From an uncultured Bacteroides sp. (GTDB lineage Bacteria; Bacteroidota; Bacteroidia; Bacteroidales; GCA-2748055): a stretch of DNA of 64,000 nucleotides. Of this stretch, positions 40,501 to 49,474 are shown piece by piece. Within the stretch, counting starts at the first letter, position 1, and every line of letters starts with the position of its first letter. The DNA is taken from assembly GCA_964458155.1 (NCBI GenBank), contig CAYWGP010000125.1, forward strand, positions 8,264 to 72,263. The letters run 5' to 3'. Position numbers and translations under genes: made by a program. Below the pieces are notes generated by a model. It was not told the origin of the DNA, made no database searches, and saw nothing but the letters and a program-made list of their open reading frames with translations.

Positions 40501-41143
40501 ATACTTTTATGTGAAAGACTCGGGAATCGGGATACGGGAAGAAAAGCAGAAGGTGATCTTTGATCGTTTCATGCAGGGTCATGAGACCAAGACCAAGCTG
40601 TATGGCGGAACCGGACTGGGACTGGCAATCTCAAAGAACCTGACGGAGATTCTGGGAGGTGAAATCGGAGTAAGTTCACAGTCGGGAGAAGGAGCTACCT
40701 TCTGGTTCATCCTGCCAAGGAACGAAGTGCCCCTGAAATATGAGGCGGCATTGAAAACTCCATCCAGCAATCTCATGTCCTGGGATGAGAAAAAAATATT
40801 GATTGCCGAAGATGATCACTCAAACTACTATTTCCTGTTGGAGACCCTGAAAGATACAGGGGCTGAGATCCTCTGGTCGAAAGACGGGGAGGAGACCATG
40901 GAGATGTTCAGGGAGCACAAAGACCTGGATGTGGTGCTGATGGATATCAATATGCCCCTGATAAATGGCTATGAATGTACCAGGCAGATTAAATTAGAGC
41001 GTCCCGGTTTGCCGGTAATTGCCCAGACTGCCTATGCCATGTCGGGAGAACGGGAAATCAGTCGCGAGGCCGGCTGCGATGATTACCTTTCAAAGCCCAT
41101 CAAGATCAGCGAATTACTTGACACCCTGTCGATGTATATCTAG
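37580..41143 (+). CDS. Hybrid sensor histidine kinase (REC-PAS-PAS-PAS-GAF-PAS-HisKA-HATPase-REC)
   Basis: PAS/PAC repeats (ENSPDVI, GMWDWN, ESSPDPM), GAF (WLGVPL..IGVFAVQSY), FLSNMSHEIRTPMN, GGTGLGLAI, C-terminal REC (AEDD..LMDINMP..KP). Confidence 0.93.
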   Translation: MAGLKLSACLWHLDPAVTDDVLATLKSGKYDVRHCHCADREQVRKKLINDPPDLIISDFDLPDHLRAMIEEELQPYMSEIPLIYLVGEKNVRKAADTLKSGVWDFVQKEQLYKLVPSVYSSQKYANVFKKRKEAEQALKESRDRYMSIFQSVHDGILLFDFDSRKVTDYNPRVMEMFGLSEKELESLDLNRYTAIDEGYTIDQVREFIAKSAEGESVKFEWRNIKQSGERFWTLNSISVVQIDNRPYILLVTRDIDEQKKLERSLIESQEHFRALAENSPDVIMHFDREHRHLYVNSVVESQTGIPSSQFMNKSHREMGIFPVKLVTLWEKALDKVFKSGKPQTIVFDIEEELKTSTFEWRLYPEMGASEAVASVIGVARDITVSRMSEDAVKRSEERLNLALSATNLGMWDWNLLTNEVYYSPIWFSMLGYGPDELPRELETWVSLQHPDDSKISYQKVQEVIKNRESSFEIEFRMKHKNGSYIWIRSMGKAVSFDEEGNTTRLTGIHEDINERKKGELVRQVLFDISNAVNSTHSLDELYGIIRLSLGRVVDTTNCFLALYNEESDTLTLPFMEDEKDSFTEFPARKTLTSFVIRTGVAQLVDIEREKELTAKGEIEPVGAPCKSWLGVPLKHEGKTIGVFAVQSYSEDIIYTQSDAELLEFASDQIALAIDRRRHQDQLKSNQERQRRVFESSPDPMLVVDPSGLIVDFNSAFLEAFNVKSDLVYGQKIFRFINKVQWRTSIENFWETWKKGYLKNLEYQVVRPDGIVFDAEVSTGAIYDSTGKPESMVVILKNISERKEAERKILEAKYKAEESDRLKTAFLSNMSHEIRTPMNAIVGFSDLLSDDKLSPQERRDFIAQINQGADDLMHLIDDIIDIAKIEAGQVNVHIAECFVRELFKELHLMFLQNIKRTGKDGVSIRVDWNWPLNELAIYTDPFRLKQILINLMSNAVKFTEEGEIVLGIEENPEGVYFYVKDSGIGIREEKQKVIFDRFMQGHETKTKLYGGTGLGLAISKNLTEILGGEIGVSSQSGEGATFWFILPRNEVPLKYEAALKTPSSNLMSWDEKKILIAEDDHSNYYFLLETLKDTGAEILWSKDGEETMEMFREHKDLDVVLMDINMPLINGYECTRQIKLERPGLPVIAQTAYAMSGEREISREAGCDDYLSKPIKISELLDTLSMYI

Positions 41144-41167
41144 TGTTATTCGCAGGGCTTGTTTCAG

Positions 41168-41362
41168 CTATTCCACATCCAGAATCTTGCCAATCTGTTT
41201 TTCAGTAAGGTGGAGCTTATCCCGGCATAGTTTTAGCAGATCTGTGACCCGGCTTACTTTCTCAGCCAGGTCATCCACATCCAGCTTTCCTTCCTCAATT
41301 TCCTGCAGGATGGCTTCAATTTCTGTAACTGCCTCACTGTAACTAATCTTCTCTTTTGTCAT
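41168..41362 (-). CDS. xseB: Exodeoxyribonuclease VII small subunit
   Basis: MTKEKISYSEAVTEIEAILQEIEEGKLDVDDL..LLKLCRDKL; follows xseA. Confidence 0.9.
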   Translation of the reverse strand: MTKEKISYSEAVTEIEAILQEIEEGKLDVDDLAEKVSRVTDLLKLCRDKLHLTEKQIGKILDVE

Positions 41363-42608
41363 TTTTTTCGGAGGTGTGTTCAACTTTACTGATAATAGTT
41401 CCCTGGTACAGCCTGGTTTCCAGGAGGCTTCCGGCTTTGACCCCCTTGATCGATACCACTGTTTTGCCTTCCAGCAGGGTCAACGAATATCCTCTTTTAA
41501 GAATATTCTCCGGATCGACCAGTTCGGTCCGTTTTTGCAGCTGGGCAAGTTTATCCCGGCTTCTTTCCATATGCATGGCGAGTTCTCTTCGCAAGCCTTG
41601 CTCACTTTGCCGCAGTTTTTCAGACTGCTGCTGCAACAATCCCCTGCAAAAGTGCATCATGCTGCTCCCATACCTCTCCAAACGGTTCAGTTCGCCCTGC
41701 ACGCGGTCCCGTACCGAGGTGGAGAGCCGGTCAAGCTGGGCCGAGAGGCTGAACTCAAAAGAAAGCAGTTTATCCACCAGAAATTCTGCCACAGCCGTAG
41801 GCGTTTTCAGACCAAGGTGAGCCACCATATCGGCAACAGATTCATCTCTTTCGTGGCCGATACCGGTGATCACAGGGAGAGGAAACTGGGTTATGAAATA
41901 GGCCAGTTCGTATTGATTGAAACTTTCCAGGTCGGCTTTGGATCCGCCTCCCCTGATAAGAACCAGACAATCGAAGTCAGACTCAGAATCATAGACCTTC
42001 TCCATGGCCGAGGTAATGGAAAGCGGGGCCTCATCGCCCTGCATTATCGCCGGATACAGGGTGGTATGAAACAAAAATCCATGCCTGTTTTGCTGTATGG
42101 ATTCCATGAAGTCGCCATAGCCTGCAGCCCTTTCCGAGGAGATTATGGCTATACGCTGGGGAACAAGAGGAAAGTTTAGCTCCCGGTTCATATCATAAAC
42201 ACCCTCTTTCCTGAGGCGCTGTATCACTTCCTGCCTCTTCCGGGCAAGATCCCCCAGCGTATAGGAAGGATCAATATCGGTAATATTCAGGCTCAGACCG
42301 TACTGGGGATGAAATTCTACGGAGGCCTTGCAAAGAATTTTGATTCCACTTTTCAGACTGCTTCCTGTGGTGGTTTCAAAAAAGGGGCGGAGCATGCCAT
42401 AACGTGAGGCCCAGATGGTAGCACGCACCCTGGCCAGCAGGGAGTCGTTATCCTCACTTTTTTCTATGAGCTCGAGATAGCAGTGGCGATTCTCCCTCAG
42501 TTCCATAATCTCGGCAACGACCCAGTAGTGACCTGGAAGTTCTTTATTAAGTGCTTCTTTTACCTGCCCCAGCAGTTCAGATAATGAGTGCTTTTCTTCC
42601 GGCATCAT
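41343..42608 (-). CDS. xseA: Exodeoxyribonuclease VII large subunit
   Basis: YWVVAEI..HCYLEL OB fold, RIAIISS..AGYGDF, LIRGGGS, TGIGHERD, KTPTAVA, LKRGYS. Confidence 0.95.
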   Translation of the reverse strand: MMPEEKHSLSELLGQVKEALNKELPGHYWVVAEIMELRENRHCYLELIEKSEDNDSLLARVRATIWASRYGMLRPFFETTTGSSLKSGIKILCKASVEFHPQYGLSLNITDIDPSYTLGDLARKRQEVIQRLRKEGVYDMNRELNFPLVPQRIAIISSERAAGYGDFMESIQQNRHGFLFHTTLYPAIMQGDEAPLSITSAMEKVYDSESDFDCLVLIRGGGSKADLESFNQYELAYFITQFPLPVITGIGHERDESVADMVAHLGLKTPTAVAEFLVDKLLSFEFSLSAQLDRLSTSVRDRVQGELNRLERYGSSMMHFCRGLLQQQSEKLRQSEQGLRRELAMHMERSRDKLAQLQKRTELVDPENILKRGYSLTLLEGKTVVSIKGVKAGSLLETRLYQGTIISKVEHTSEKNDKRED

Positions 42609-44233
42609 TGTTTGAGTAAGCGGCTGCGGTATATATTCCCCTTGGTACGGACTTCAATAATATAGATTCCGCTGCCCAGGGATTCCTCGAGCTCCATTTC
42701 TCCGGGCAGCTCCATCTGCATGCTGCCTGCAACTTTACCGCTCATGTCAAAAAGCCGGACCAGATGCAGGCCGGATTCTTCTTCCGGGATCCTGATCATA
42801 ATTCGCATACTGGCAGGGTTGGGCCATATTTCCATCTTGCCAGGAATAAGGCCTTCAGGTACCCGGGTAATTTTATGGTAGGCATAAAGCATATTTGGTG
42901 TCCCAAAACCATAATGCGAATCGGGATTCATAGATCTGTGACTGCTCTGCCTGATCTTATAAATAAGCTCCATGGCCGGGAGCTCGGGGAAGGCCTGCCA
43001 TAGACTGGCTACCGAGCCGGCCATTACCGGTGATGAAAATGAGGTTCCATTCAACCTGCCCACTGTCCCGCCCCGGAACTGGAGGGCAGTTTTTCTGCCC
43101 ATGGCAGTAATATCCGGTTTGATTCGTGCATCGTAGGAGGGGCCCCTTGAACTGAAGTTTGCAAGGTAGTTGGTGCTGTCCACTGCTCCAACGGCCAGGA
43201 TGTCGGTGGCATCGGCTGGCGAGGTAATATAGTACCAGGGATCGTTTCCTTCATTCCCTGCACTGGTACATAAAATCATACCACGTGAGGCGGTCAGTGA
43301 TGCCGCTTTAGCAATATAGGTGCTCTTCCCATCCATATCGCTGTAGGTGTAGTCATAGATTTCGCCATCGAAATCGGAGTAGCCCAGGGAAGTATTGATC
43401 ACATCCACACCCAGGCTGTCGGCATACTCCGCTGCTTCGATCCAGGCAATCTCTTCGATGCGTGTCTCCTGGTCCGAATTCTCAGTTGAGCAGAGCAAAT
43501 AGCTGGCATGTGGAGCTGTTCCTATCAGGAATCCATCCCACTGGCCTGCCATAACAGAAAGGACACTCATGCCATGGGATGATCCCAGGCGATATATGTT
43601 TGTGGTATCCACATAATTACGCGCCCCCAGGATTCGTTCCTCATTAATCAGGCTGGCCAATGAGGGTACGCTGTCAACATTATAAAACCCGGCATCCAGG
43701 ACTGCGATCCATACACCACGGGCAGTATATCCTAAATCGTGCAGATCATCTGTCTTCACCATCTCAGTCTGCTTCATGGCAAGCCCGTAATCAAATTCTG
43801 GTGCCGGGGACAGGGGAGGGTCAAATCTTGCTTCACCACTTTTCTGCGGGAAAAAGATGTCGTCTGTATCAGGAGTCCATGAAAGTGTATCGGTGAATGA
43901 TTTAAGGAGAACTTCCTGAAAGTTGCTTTCATCCATATTAATCATGGCGATTCCGTTTAACCACCTGGAAACATGCCTGATCTCTATTCCCATCGCTTTG
44001 ATTTCCTGAAGATAGAGCTGACTAACCGGCAGATCCAGCTGATCGACGCCCAAGGACTGCATGGCTCTCCTGTTTAAAGAGCGCTCGGAAAGAAATTCCT
44101 CAGGCCGGTCAACCTGGTAAGTAGTTCCCTCCTTATCGCTGAAATAGACCCAGTATACTCCGGGAGCAATCTCCTGGGCCCTGACTCCCAGACTGGCCAG
44201 AAGCATAAGAAGAATAAGTTTCAATTTCTTCAT
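42605..44233 (-). CDS. S8 subtilisin-like serine peptidase with T9SS C-terminal sorting domain
   Basis: IAVLDAGF (Asp), HGMSVLS (His), SAGNEG, NGTSFSSP (Ser); CTD IWPNPAS..FDMSGK..GIYIIEV. Confidence 0.92.
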   Translation of the reverse strand: MKKLKLILLMLLASLGVRAQEIAPGVYWVYFSDKEGTTYQVDRPEEFLSERSLNRRAMQSLGVDQLDLPVSQLYLQEIKAMGIEIRHVSRWLNGIAMINMDESNFQEVLLKSFTDTLSWTPDTDDIFFPQKSGEARFDPPLSPAPEFDYGLAMKQTEMVKTDDLHDLGYTARGVWIAVLDAGFYNVDSVPSLASLINEERILGARNYVDTTNIYRLGSSHGMSVLSVMAGQWDGFLIGTAPHASYLLCSTENSDQETRIEEIAWIEAAEYADSLGVDVINTSLGYSDFDGEIYDYTYSDMDGKSTYIAKAASLTASRGMILCTSAGNEGNDPWYYITSPADATDILAVGAVDSTNYLANFSSRGPSYDARIKPDITAMGRKTALQFRGGTVGRLNGTSFSSPVMAGSVASLWQAFPELPAMELIYKIRQSSHRSMNPDSHYGFGTPNMLYAYHKITRVPEGLIPGKMEIWPNPASMRIMIRIPEEESGLHLVRLFDMSGKVAGSMQMELPGEMELEESLGSGIYIIEVRTKGNIYRSRLLKQ

Positions 44234-44245
44234 AGAGTCCTTAGC

Positions 44246-44995
44246 TTACTGAAAGGAATCGGGTTGGGTGACAACTTCATATTTCTTCAGGGAATCCTGG
44301 ATCCAGTTAGAATATTCATCCCAGTTGGCCGGAGTTCCATTTACATATTCCAGGGCAAAGACTTCCATTCCGCTTTCGTCATAAAAACGCCATGTACCAT
44401 GGGACCTGTTGTTCAGATAGCTTCCCCTGATCTTAATGTGACCGGTGGAGAAATATAGTTCATAGGATCCCTGGAGCTGTCCTTTTTCAAAATGTGCGGA
44501 TAATCTTTGAATACCATTTGTATAATATTGCTTCCAGGCCCCATCCTTTTCATTCTGTTTCCATTGGACCTCTTCGGAAATCTCTCCACCGGGATAATAA
44601 TGCTGGCTCATCCCTTCCAGTTTCCCTTCCTGGTATGTCTCCCTGATCCTTACAGAGCCATCAAATTCTGAGTAATAGGTCCATACCGAATCCTTGACCT
44701 GATTTACATATATACCTTCTGCTGCAGCTTTGCCACTTTCGTAATATAGCTGCACATGGCTGCGAGTCCCATCCGCTACAAAGAGCATGCGGGCCCTTAT
44801 TCCACCCTTTTCATAGTAGCGAAGCATTTCGCCCACCGGACGGCCTTCTATGAAATCAGCCTCATATTGGGTCTTCCCATTTGGATACTCCACTTTCCAA
44901 TGACCTGTTTTTCGGCCCTCTTCATCCACCTGGTTCTGTCCCTGCAGAGCCGGAAGAGTGGATAACAGCAAACAGATAAGTATTCCTCTGAACAT
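44246..44995 (-). CDS. MORN-variant repeat protein (YwqK-like)
   Basis: Signal peptide; repeated G-x-W-x-x-Y-Y-x-x-G units (GHWKVEYPNG, SVWTYYSE, GAWKQYYTNG); ATG 44995 preferred. Confidence 0.85.
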   Translation of the reverse strand: MFRGILICLLLSTLPALQGQNQVDEEGRKTGHWKVEYPNGKTQYEADFIEGRPVGEMLRYYEKGGIRARMLFVADGTRSHVQLYYESGKAAAEGIYVNQVKDSVWTYYSEFDGSVRIRETYQEGKLEGMSQHYYPGGEISEEVQWKQNEKDGAWKQYYTNGIQRLSAHFEKGQLQGSYELYFSTGHIKIRGSYLNNRSHGTWRFYDESGMEVFALEYVNGTPANWDEYSNWIQDSLKKYEVVTQPDSFQ

Positions 44996-45034
44996 AGACC
45001 AAATATAAGGAAAATGGGACACCCTGAGAAAAAG

Positions 45035-45066
45035 AAAGAGGCCGTACCTTGCGATACAGCCTCTTT
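45035..45066 (-). terminator. Intrinsic terminator of dnaK
   Basis: AAAGAGGC (45035-45042) / GCCTCTTT (45059-45066) stem with inner GTA/TAC pairing; T-rich run follows on the minus strand; 18 nt past the dnaK stop. Confidence 0.7.
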
Positions 45067-45084
45067 GTGATACGTGTTAGAGAT

Positions 45085-46992
45085 TTATTTTACCTCTTCA
45101 AAATCCACATCGGTTACCTCATCATCACCTTTGCCTGAAGCAGGTTCTTCTGCAGCTTCGCCTTCGGGCTGTCCGCCTTCGGCACCTTGCTGCTGAGCGT
45201 TGTAGATATCCTGTGAGGCAGTCTGCCACGCTGCATTCAGCGCTTCGGTGGCCTGATCAATTGCAGCCAGATCTTCAGACTTATGGGCCTCTTTCAAGCT
45301 GTTAAGAGCCTCTTCGATGGGAGCTTTCTTCTCCGCTGGAATCTTTTCTCCAAATTCTTTCAGCTGTTTCTCAGACTGGAATACCAGGCTGTCTGCAGCA
45401 TTGAGTTTGTCAATGCGTTCCTTGGCAGCCTTATCGGCTTCCTCATTTTCCTGGGCCTCCTTTTTCATCTTCTCAATTTCACTGTCGGAGAGACCGGAGG
45501 AAGCTTCAATACGGATGCTTTGCTCTTTTCCGGTTCCTTTGTCTTTCGCTGAGACATTCAGGATGCCGTTAGCATCAATATCGAAGGTTACTTCAATCTG
45601 AGGAAGACCGCGGGGTGAGGGGGGAATTCCATCCAGATGAAAACGTCCGATGGTCTTGTTATCTTTGGCCATGGACCTTTCGCCCTGCAGTACATGAATC
45701 TCTACCGAAGGCTGGTTATCTGCAGCTGTGGTAAAGGTCTGTGTCTTTTTTGTGGGTATGGTTGTATTGGCCTCAATAAGCTTGGTGTTGACGCTGCCCA
45801 TGGTTTCAATACCCAGTGAAAGTGGTGTTACATCCAGCAGAAGTACATCTTTCACTTCTCCTGTAAGTACGCCACCCTGGATGGCTGCTCCCACGGCCAC
45901 AACTTCATCGGGATTTACTCCTTTTGAGGGCGATTTCCCGAAGAAATCCTCTACAACCTTCTGGATCGCAGGAATACGTGTGGAACCTCCAACCAGAATT
46001 ACTTCGTTAATATCGCTCTGCTTCAATCCTGAATCTTTCAAGGCCTTCTTACAGGGCTCAACGGTTGACTGGATCAGCTTATCGGCCAGACTTTCAAATT
46101 TGGCTCGGGTCAGGGTTTTTACCAGGTGCTTGGGTACACCATCCACCGGCATGATATAGGGAAGATTAATCTCTGTCTGCGTGGCACTGGAAAGCTCAAT
46201 CTTGGCTTTCTCAGAAGCTTCCTTCAGGCGCTGCAGAGCCATGGGATCCTTTTTCAGATCAAGTCCTTCGTCACTTTTAAATTCATCGGCCAGCCAGTCA
46301 ATGATCACCTGGTCGAAATCATCACCACCAAGGTGGGTGTCCCCGTTGGTCGATTTGACCTCGAATACGCCGTCACCCAGTTCAAGAATGGAGATATCGA
46401 ATGTACCGCCGCCCAGGTCGAATACAGCAATTTTTAAATCGGAGGTCTTCTTATCCAGTCCATATGCCAGAGACGCAGCAGTAGGTTCATTGATTATTCG
46501 CTTTACCTGAAGTCCGGCAATTTCTCCGGCCTCTTTTGTGGCCTGGCGCTGTGAATCGCTGAAATACGCTGGTACCGTAATAACTGCTTCTTGTACCTCA
46601 TGTCCCAGGTAGTCCTCTGCGGTCTTCTTCATTTTTTGAAGAACCATGGCTGAAATCTCCTGGGGAGAATATTTACGATCGTCAATCTGAACACGAGGGG
46701 TGTTATTTTCACCCTTGACCACCTTATAGGGTACCCTGTTAATCTCTTTGGTCATCCTGTCATAGGTTTCACCCATGAAACGTTTGATGGACGACACTGT
46801 TTTAGTAGGATTGGTGATAGCCTGCCTTTTGGCCGGATCACCCACTTTACGCTCTCCGTTTTCCACAAACGCCACCACCGAGGGAGTAGTCCTTTTTCCT
46901 TCGCTATTAGGGATAACAACAGGCTCATTACCTTCCATTACCGATACACAGGAGTTTGTAGTACCTAAATCAATTCCAATAATTTTACTCAT
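45085..46992 (-). CDS. dnaK: Molecular chaperone DnaK (Hsp70)
   Basis: [48 protein letters not shown]. Confidence 0.99.
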   Translation of the reverse strand: MSKIIGIDLGTTNSCVSVMEGNEPVVIPNSEGKRTTPSVVAFVENGERKVGDPAKRQAITNPTKTVSSIKRFMGETYDRMTKEINRVPYKVVKGENNTPRVQIDDRKYSPQEISAMVLQKMKKTAEDYLGHEVQEAVITVPAYFSDSQRQATKEAGEIAGLQVKRIINEPTAASLAYGLDKKTSDLKIAVFDLGGGTFDISILELGDGVFEVKSTNGDTHLGGDDFDQVIIDWLADEFKSDEGLDLKKDPMALQRLKEASEKAKIELSSATQTEINLPYIMPVDGVPKHLVKTLTRAKFESLADKLIQSTVEPCKKALKDSGLKQSDINEVILVGGSTRIPAIQKVVEDFFGKSPSKGVNPDEVVAVGAAIQGGVLTGEVKDVLLLDVTPLSLGIETMGSVNTKLIEANTTIPTKKTQTFTTAADNQPSVEIHVLQGERSMAKDNKTIGRFHLDGIPPSPRGLPQIEVTFDIDANGILNVSAKDKGTGKEQSIRIEASSGLSDSEIEKMKKEAQENEEADKAAKERIDKLNAADSLVFQSEKQLKEFGEKIPAEKKAPIEEALNSLKEAHKSEDLAAIDQATEALNAAWQTASQDIYNAQQQGAEGGQPEGEAAEEPASGKGDDEVTDVDFEEVK

Positions 46993-47052
46993 ATCAATTA
47001 TCTGTTTATTTCTTTCTGTTTTCTAAAGTTTCTTATGCTTACACCATAGGCC

Positions 47053-47069
47053 TATCGAAGATTATGCCA
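47053..47069 (-). promoter_or_regulatory. Putative sigma-54-type promoter of dnaK
   Basis: Minus strand TGGCAT-AATCT-TCGAT with GG-N10-GA spacing; about 60 nt upstream of the dnaK ATG. Confidence 0.45.
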
Positions 47070-47208
47070 ATCACTAATTTCAGGCTCCGGATGTTATATT
47101 GGCACAATAATGCAGAAATATCTGACGATTGCATGTCAGGTTTACTGACAAATTGACTGCCATAAGGAAATTTATTGTAAACTTTGTAGGAAATTACGCG
47201 AGCGCAAT

Positions 47209-47230
47209 CCACGCAGCTCTGCTGCGAGAG
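47209..47230. repeat. REP/PATE-like palindrome, copy 1
   Basis: CGCAGC-TCT-GCTGCG; the 17-mer 47212-47228 is identical to the reverse complement of 59691-59707. Confidence 0.7.
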
Positions 47231-47267
47231 TTAGCGAGCACATATTAAGTAAACAATTAATCGATAA

Positions 47268-47296
47268 TCCTCGCAGCTTGCTGCGGGGAGAATCAA
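47268..47296. repeat. REP/PATE-like palindrome, copy 2
   Basis: TCCTCGCAGC-TT-GCTGCGGGGA, followed by GAATCAA. Confidence 0.7.
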
Positions 47297-47312
47297 TCTT
47301 AACACAAAAAAT

Positions 47313-48128
47313 ATGTCGCTGCACAGTAATGTTAAACGTGTAACCACCCATGTACTTCTGGCCATGAAGCTCAAGGGGGAAAAAATTGCGATGTTGACTG
47401 CCTACGATTTTTCATTTGCCCGTCTCCTTGATCAGGCAGGCATTGATGTCATCCTGGTGGGAGACTCAGCCTCCAATGTCATGGCCGGCCACGAAACCAC
47501 CCTGCCAATTACCCTTGACAATATGATTTACCATGCGGCTTCGGTGGTAAGGGGCGTAAGCAGGGCCCTGGTTGTGGTGGATTTGCCGTTTGGTACCTAC
47601 CAGGGCAACTCAAAGGAAGCACTGGCATCGGCCATTCGTATCATGAAGGAGACCGGTGCAAGCGCCATTAAAATTGAAGGGGGCGTTGAGATCAAAGAAT
47701 CTGTAGAGCGGATCCTGTCTGCCGGCATTCCTGTGATGGGTCACCTGGGACTGACACCCCAGGCCATTCATAAATTCGGGACCTATGTGGTCCGTGCCAC
47801 TGAAAAGGCTGAGGCTGATAAATTGAAATCGGATGCGGAAGCCCTGGCTGATACAGGTTGTTTTGCTTTAGTCCTTGAAAAGATCCCGGCCAAACTGGCG
47901 GGAGAGGTGACCCGGTCTGTTAAAATACCCACCATAGGTATTGGAGCCGGGTCCGAAGTCAGCGGGCAGGTCCTGGTAATTCACGATATGCTTGGCATAA
48001 CCCAGGAATTCTCCCCCCGCTTCCTCAGGCGTTACCACAATCTGCAGATGGAGATAAAGGGCGCTGTAAAGAACTACATCGATGATGTACGATCCCAGGC
48101 CTTCCCCAACGAAACCGAACAGTACTAG
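47313..48128 (+). CDS. panB: 3-methyl-2-oxobutanoate hydroxymethyltransferase
   Basis: [53 protein letters not shown]. Confidence 0.97.
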   Translation: MSLHSNVKRVTTHVLLAMKLKGEKIAMLTAYDFSFARLLDQAGIDVILVGDSASNVMAGHETTLPITLDNMIYHAASVVRGVSRALVVVDLPFGTYQGNSKEALASAIRIMKETGASAIKIEGGVEIKESVERILSAGIPVMGHLGLTPQAIHKFGTYVVRATEKAEADKLKSDAEALADTGCFALVLEKIPAKLAGEVTRSVKIPTIGIGAGSEVSGQVLVIHDMLGITQEFSPRFLRRYHNLQMEIKGAVKNYIDDVRSQAFPNETEQY

Positions 48129-48151
48129 ATTCAGGTGCAGTTGCGAGTTCT

Positions 48152-48850
48152 ATGATGAAAGCTCCTTCAACTATTTTATATGAGGATAATCACCTGATGG
48201 TTGTCAATAAAAAGGTCTCCCAGATTGTGCAGGGGGATAAGAGCGGTGATCCATCAATGGACAGGCTTCTGAAAGCTTTTATTAAGGAACGTGACAACAA
48301 ACCGGGTGAGGTTTTCCTGGGAATTCCTCACCGCCTGGACCGCCCTGTCAGCGGAGCAGTGGTTTTTGCCAAGACAAGTAAAGCACTTAGCAGGATGGCC
48401 GGTCTCTTTAAGGAGAAAAAGGTGGAAAAGATTTACCATGCAATTGTTGAAAAGTGCCCTCAGCCCGATTCCGGTACCCTGGAACACTACCTGAGCAGGA
48501 ACACAAAACAGAATAAGAGTTATATACACGACAGAGAGGTCCCTGACTCAAAGTTTGCCCGGCTTCACTACCGGAAGCTGGCCTCATCGGATCGATATCA
48601 CCTTCTGGAAATAGTACTGGAAACCGGACGTCACCATCAGATCAGGGCTCAGCTGGCGGGAATAGGCAGTGCCATAAAGGGTGACAGGAAATATGGAGCC
48701 AAAAGATCAAACCCCAATGGTGGGATCAGTCTTCATGCCCGCCGGATCACATTCATTCATCCGGTGAAAAAAGAGAAAGTTGAAGTGCTGGCACCCTACC
48801 CGAAAATGGATATTTTCCCGGTCTTTTTCAGGAAGAAAGATTCAGTTTAA
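48152..48850 (+). CDS. RluA-family pseudouridine synthase
   Basis: HRLDRPVSG catalytic motif, LETGRHHQIRAQL, GDRKYG, LHARRITFIHP. Confidence 0.93.
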   Translation: MMKAPSTILYEDNHLMVVNKKVSQIVQGDKSGDPSMDRLLKAFIKERDNKPGEVFLGIPHRLDRPVSGAVVFAKTSKALSRMAGLFKEKKVEKIYHAIVEKCPQPDSGTLEHYLSRNTKQNKSYIHDREVPDSKFARLHYRKLASSDRYHLLEIVLETGRHHQIRAQLAGIGSAIKGDRKYGAKRSNPNGGISLHARRITFIHPVKKEKVEVLAPYPKMDIFPVFFRKKDSV

Positions 48851-49310
48851 AGGGAAGTGGCAGCAGGTCAGTTACCCTGTTGACAATCTGTATTTTTTTA
48901 CTGCCATACAGAATCAGCTCCATGGAAGCTTCTCCCTGACTTTCCTTCTCATAAAGGACCTGGCGGCATGCTCCGCAGGGAGCAACAGGTTCCTCCTGGA
49001 TAATCCCTTCCCGGATGGCAGCAATGGCAATGGAGAGTACCTGAACATCGGGGTGACGTGCCCCAGCATAAAACAGAGCTACCCGCTCGGCACAGAGCCC
49101 CGAAGGGTAGGCAGCATTTTCCTGGTTGCTGCCGATAATGATTTCTCCATTTGCCATACGAAGTGCAGCGCCCACATGATATTCAGAATAGGGTGCGTAG
49201 GCATCTCTTGCGGCTTTAATGGCGCTGTTAACTAAAAGAACCTGCTCTTCCGAAAGTTCATCGAGTTGGTCATATTCATACATTCTGACCGTATATGCCC
49301 TTTGTTTCAT
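48828..49310 (-). CDS. cdd: Cytidine deaminase
   Basis: AYAPYSEYHVGAA, NQENAAYPSGLCAERVA, PCGACRQ. Confidence 0.94.
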   Translation of the reverse strand: MKQRAYTVRMYEYDQLDELSEEQVLLVNSAIKAARDAYAPYSEYHVGAALRMANGEIIIGSNQENAAYPSGLCAERVALFYAGARHPDVQVLSIAIAAIREGIIQEEPVAPCGACRQVLYEKESQGEASMELILYGSKKIQIVNRVTDLLPLPFKLNLSS

Positions 49311-49474
49311 GGTTTAAGCTTATTTGCAAATAAAGTTACTGATTAATTCAGAGGAATAAGATTTTGTTATCAACGGACGTTATTTCAGAAGGAGATTGTT
49401 AAAAACTCCCGGGAGATAGTGGTGTGCATATCTCTATTTTTATGCGATAAGTTTCATTTGAAAAAAGAATCCAC

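Noticed and set aside
44246-44995. YwqK-like protein as the antitoxin of a toxin-antitoxin pair
   Set aside because: It is a signal-peptide MORN-repeat protein with no adjacent toxin. The antitoxin label is a common annotation carry-over.
47209-47296. Mini CRISPR array or CIRCE element
   Set aside because: Only two non-identical palindromes and no cas genes. The sequence does not match TTAGCACTC-N9-GAGTGCTAA.
49311-49474. Possible small RNA or remnant between cdd and the glucosaminidase (GAGATA/TATCTC inverted repeat, TATTTGCAAATA palindrome)
   Set aside because: Stems are short and AT-rich, and the translation I tried showed no family signal; consistent with a divergent promoter region.
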